Below are positions 61,540-64,000 of a stretch of 64,000 bases of DNA, piece by piece (within the stretch, counting starts at the first letter, position 1; every line of letters starts with the position of its first letter). The DNA comes from Monocercomonoides exilis PA203 (Eukaryota > Protista > Preaxostyla), in contig LSRY02000038.1 in assembly GCA_001643675.2 (NCBI GenBank), positions 310,001-374,000 of the forward strand, written 5' to 3'. The translations under genes and the position numbers were made by a program. The notes under the pieces are model-generated. The model searched no databases, was not told the origin of the DNA, and saw only the letters and a program-made list of their open reading frames with translations.

Positions 61540-62249
61540 GGAAATGAGATGCATTTCTGCTTGTAACTCAAGATTTTTTAATCGATTTATTTTTTGAATC
61601 ATTTCATAATTAAAATAATAAACTTTTTGAATATTTATTTTTACGAATCACTCCAACAATTATTTAAATAATAATTCATCAAAACTACCCACTATTTTCT
61701 CAAAAAAATTGCTTGTTCCATCGCTTTCACAACGATTTTTTATTCAAAAAGGGAATTTTCATTTTGTTTCATCATTTCCATGGCCTGTTTCGCTTTTTCA
61801 TCAAACATGCCTGATGTCTCATCTTTTTCGCTCTCTGTTCTTTAAGAATTCTCAAAATGTCAAAGAACTGAAGCTTTGCAGAGTCTGAGAAGGAACTGCT
61901 TCTGATGGAGAGAAATGCTTGAAGTGAAAAACTTCAATAAATTTCAGCCGTCGCCCATCTATTTTTCAATGAACAAGTCGGCATCAAAATCAAAGGATAG
62001 GAAAGAGACTCTTTCGAATTGGCTTTTATCTTTAAGGCGATAGTCAAACAGAGCAGATGAAAAAAGATGAAACAAGCTAAAAATCTTCAGCCAAATTCCA
62101 CATTTTGCATTAAATGCACACACAACATAAATTCAAAAATAGAGTGAAATTTCTTCATCAATGAGAATGCAGCATGTTCATTCATAAGAAAAAAAGAGAG
62201 AGAACGAAACACCAAAAGATAAATGAAGTGAATGAAAAATAAAAGTGAA

Positions 62250-63561
62250 TCAGCAATGAACAAAATAATCTTCAACATATTGAATCAAAACATAACCACC
62301 AAATATCCCTTTAAAAAAACAATAACGCAAACTTATAATGCCATCTTCATATCCTTCTTCTTCCAATCTGTCAAACACCTTTCTTTTCATGTCTTTTTGT
62401 TTTGCTTTTTCGTTTTCTTTTTTATTCACCTTCTTCAACCTTTCACTAACATTTTCGAAAAATTTCAAACAATCCTCAACTGATGTTTTCATAAAATCAA
62501 ATCGGACAATTTCTCCCAAAGCTATATTTACAGCTCCACTTTTCAACAAATCCTCAATTTCCACAGTAGTGTTATAAGATACAGTTTTTAATAATCTAAT
62601 GCATTCTTCACAAATTTCTCTGTGATTATCCTTTGCTACTCGATACACCTGAACAATGCTCTCAATAAGAACAGCACGTTCTTCATTCCTTAATTGACAC
62701 TTTCCGAAATAAATATTCACTGTTTCGAGCCATCTCTCCAAAAGATTTTTTTCTTCCATTTCCTTCAATTTATCTTCATTTTTCTTCCAATCTACACATT
62801 TCATCAACTCTTCCAATTCTCTTGCTGCCTCTCTCGTAAAATGCAGCTCATTCGCAATAACTTCTTCCAGGCTTTTGTCCCAGTAAAATTTGTTCATCAA
62901 AAACTGCCAAGCTGACTGATAAGCAACTCGCGTCAAGTTGCGATGCTCCTGATGATATTGGATGATTTCTGTTATCTTATTCAAATACAGTTCTTGTTCA
63001 ACATACTGAAAATAAAAATAATGAAAATAATACAATGATATCAAAAGTGTAACATAAACACTCATACATGATAATCACTGACGTTTCTCAAAGCCATTAA
63101 AGCGATTTCCACCTCTTTTTGTATTTCCTCGTTTTCCTCTTTCTTCAATGCAATCTTCAGAAGACAAGGCACACAAATTGATAGTAATTCGGGTGGGAAA
63201 CCAGATCTTAGAGAAATATAGCATTCGCAAAGATCAATCATCAGCTTTTCATTCTTTTCTTCTTTTTTCTGTTCTTCTTCAACAATCATTTTCTCAAAGC
63301 TTCTATTCAATGAAGACTCTTGAAAACCGGAAAGCCAAATATTTTTTATAACTCTGCAATATCCAGCATGCTTCAACAGTAAAATTGCATTTTTCATGGA
63401 AAGCTTCCTTTCTTCAATCATTTTATCCATTTTATCGAACAACTCTGTTGTGATAATGGATTTGAATTCATTATAATTCATTTCATCAACTATTTCATTC
63501 ATTTCTCCAATTTTCTGCTTCTGTTCAGCTTCAGTGAATTGTTCCAACTGTGAAAGTATCT
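62250..63561 (-). CDS. Expanded family gene, copy C (intron 63006-63067; first exon unresolved)
   Basis: CVPCLLKIALKKEENEEIQKEVEIALMAL splices to YVEQELYLNKITEIIQYHQEHRNLTRVAYQSAW; ends with RLEEEGYEDGII. Confidence 0.8.
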
Positions 63562-64000
63562 CTAAAAAAATTGAAAAATCAAAAGGGAAAAAAGAAGCAT
63601 TTATTTTTTAAACCAACAATTTCTTATCACGTTTTGCAAACCGAGAAATATTAGCTTTTTTGAAGGTGGATGTGAAATCGCAAAATGAATTCAAAACAAC
63701 AAATAAATTCATTTTCGAAATATTCGTTGAATATTCGAATTAAAAGAATTAAAAACACAAAATCAAAATTTTTTAAATAATACAGGATTCGAAGCCTCTT
63801 TTGCCATCAATGATTTTTGCCTCAAAGCAAGAAAATCAATGAAGCAAAATTGTCCTTCTTTTGTCAAAATAAATAAGGGTGGCCAACCTATAATTTTATA
63901 ACTGATTTTTTATTCTTGGTGATTTGCATCAGCCTGAGCATGTTTGAGCTGCTTAGGCACACAGCCACAGATGCACCAATGCGAGCTATAGTACTGCATT

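Overview
AT-rich eukaryotic (protist) genomic DNA with short GT-AG introns (42-76 nt where mapped), read in the standard code. The gene content (huge intronless beta-helix receptor/pseudokinase ORFs, an expanded helical-repeat family, extreme Ser/Glu microsatellite coding) resembles an oxymonad such as Monocercomonoides; this is inference. Host content: six copies of one expanded gene family (intact, pseudogene and decayed), two giant receptor-pseudokinase genes plus a broken relative, a Ser-rich multi-exon gene and its divergent neighbour, and a ~4.5 kb inverted segmental duplication bracketing the window. A mobile-element cluster lies at 41-55 kb: an apparently intact pogo-type (DD35D) transposon with TA duplication and a decayed Merlin/IS1595-type transposase. 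The most interesting element is 4.9 kb (50422-55311) with ~0.85 kb near-identical terminal inverted repeats (TIRs), AG...CT ends and a probable 6-bp target duplication. Its TIRs hold nested fold-backs, 11-bp iteron-like arrays and a small ORF, and its only large gene is a Prim-Pol primase/SF3 (D5-like) helicase fusion. It has no integrase, polymerase B or capsid, and looks like a minimal Polinton-related or transpoviron-like replicon.
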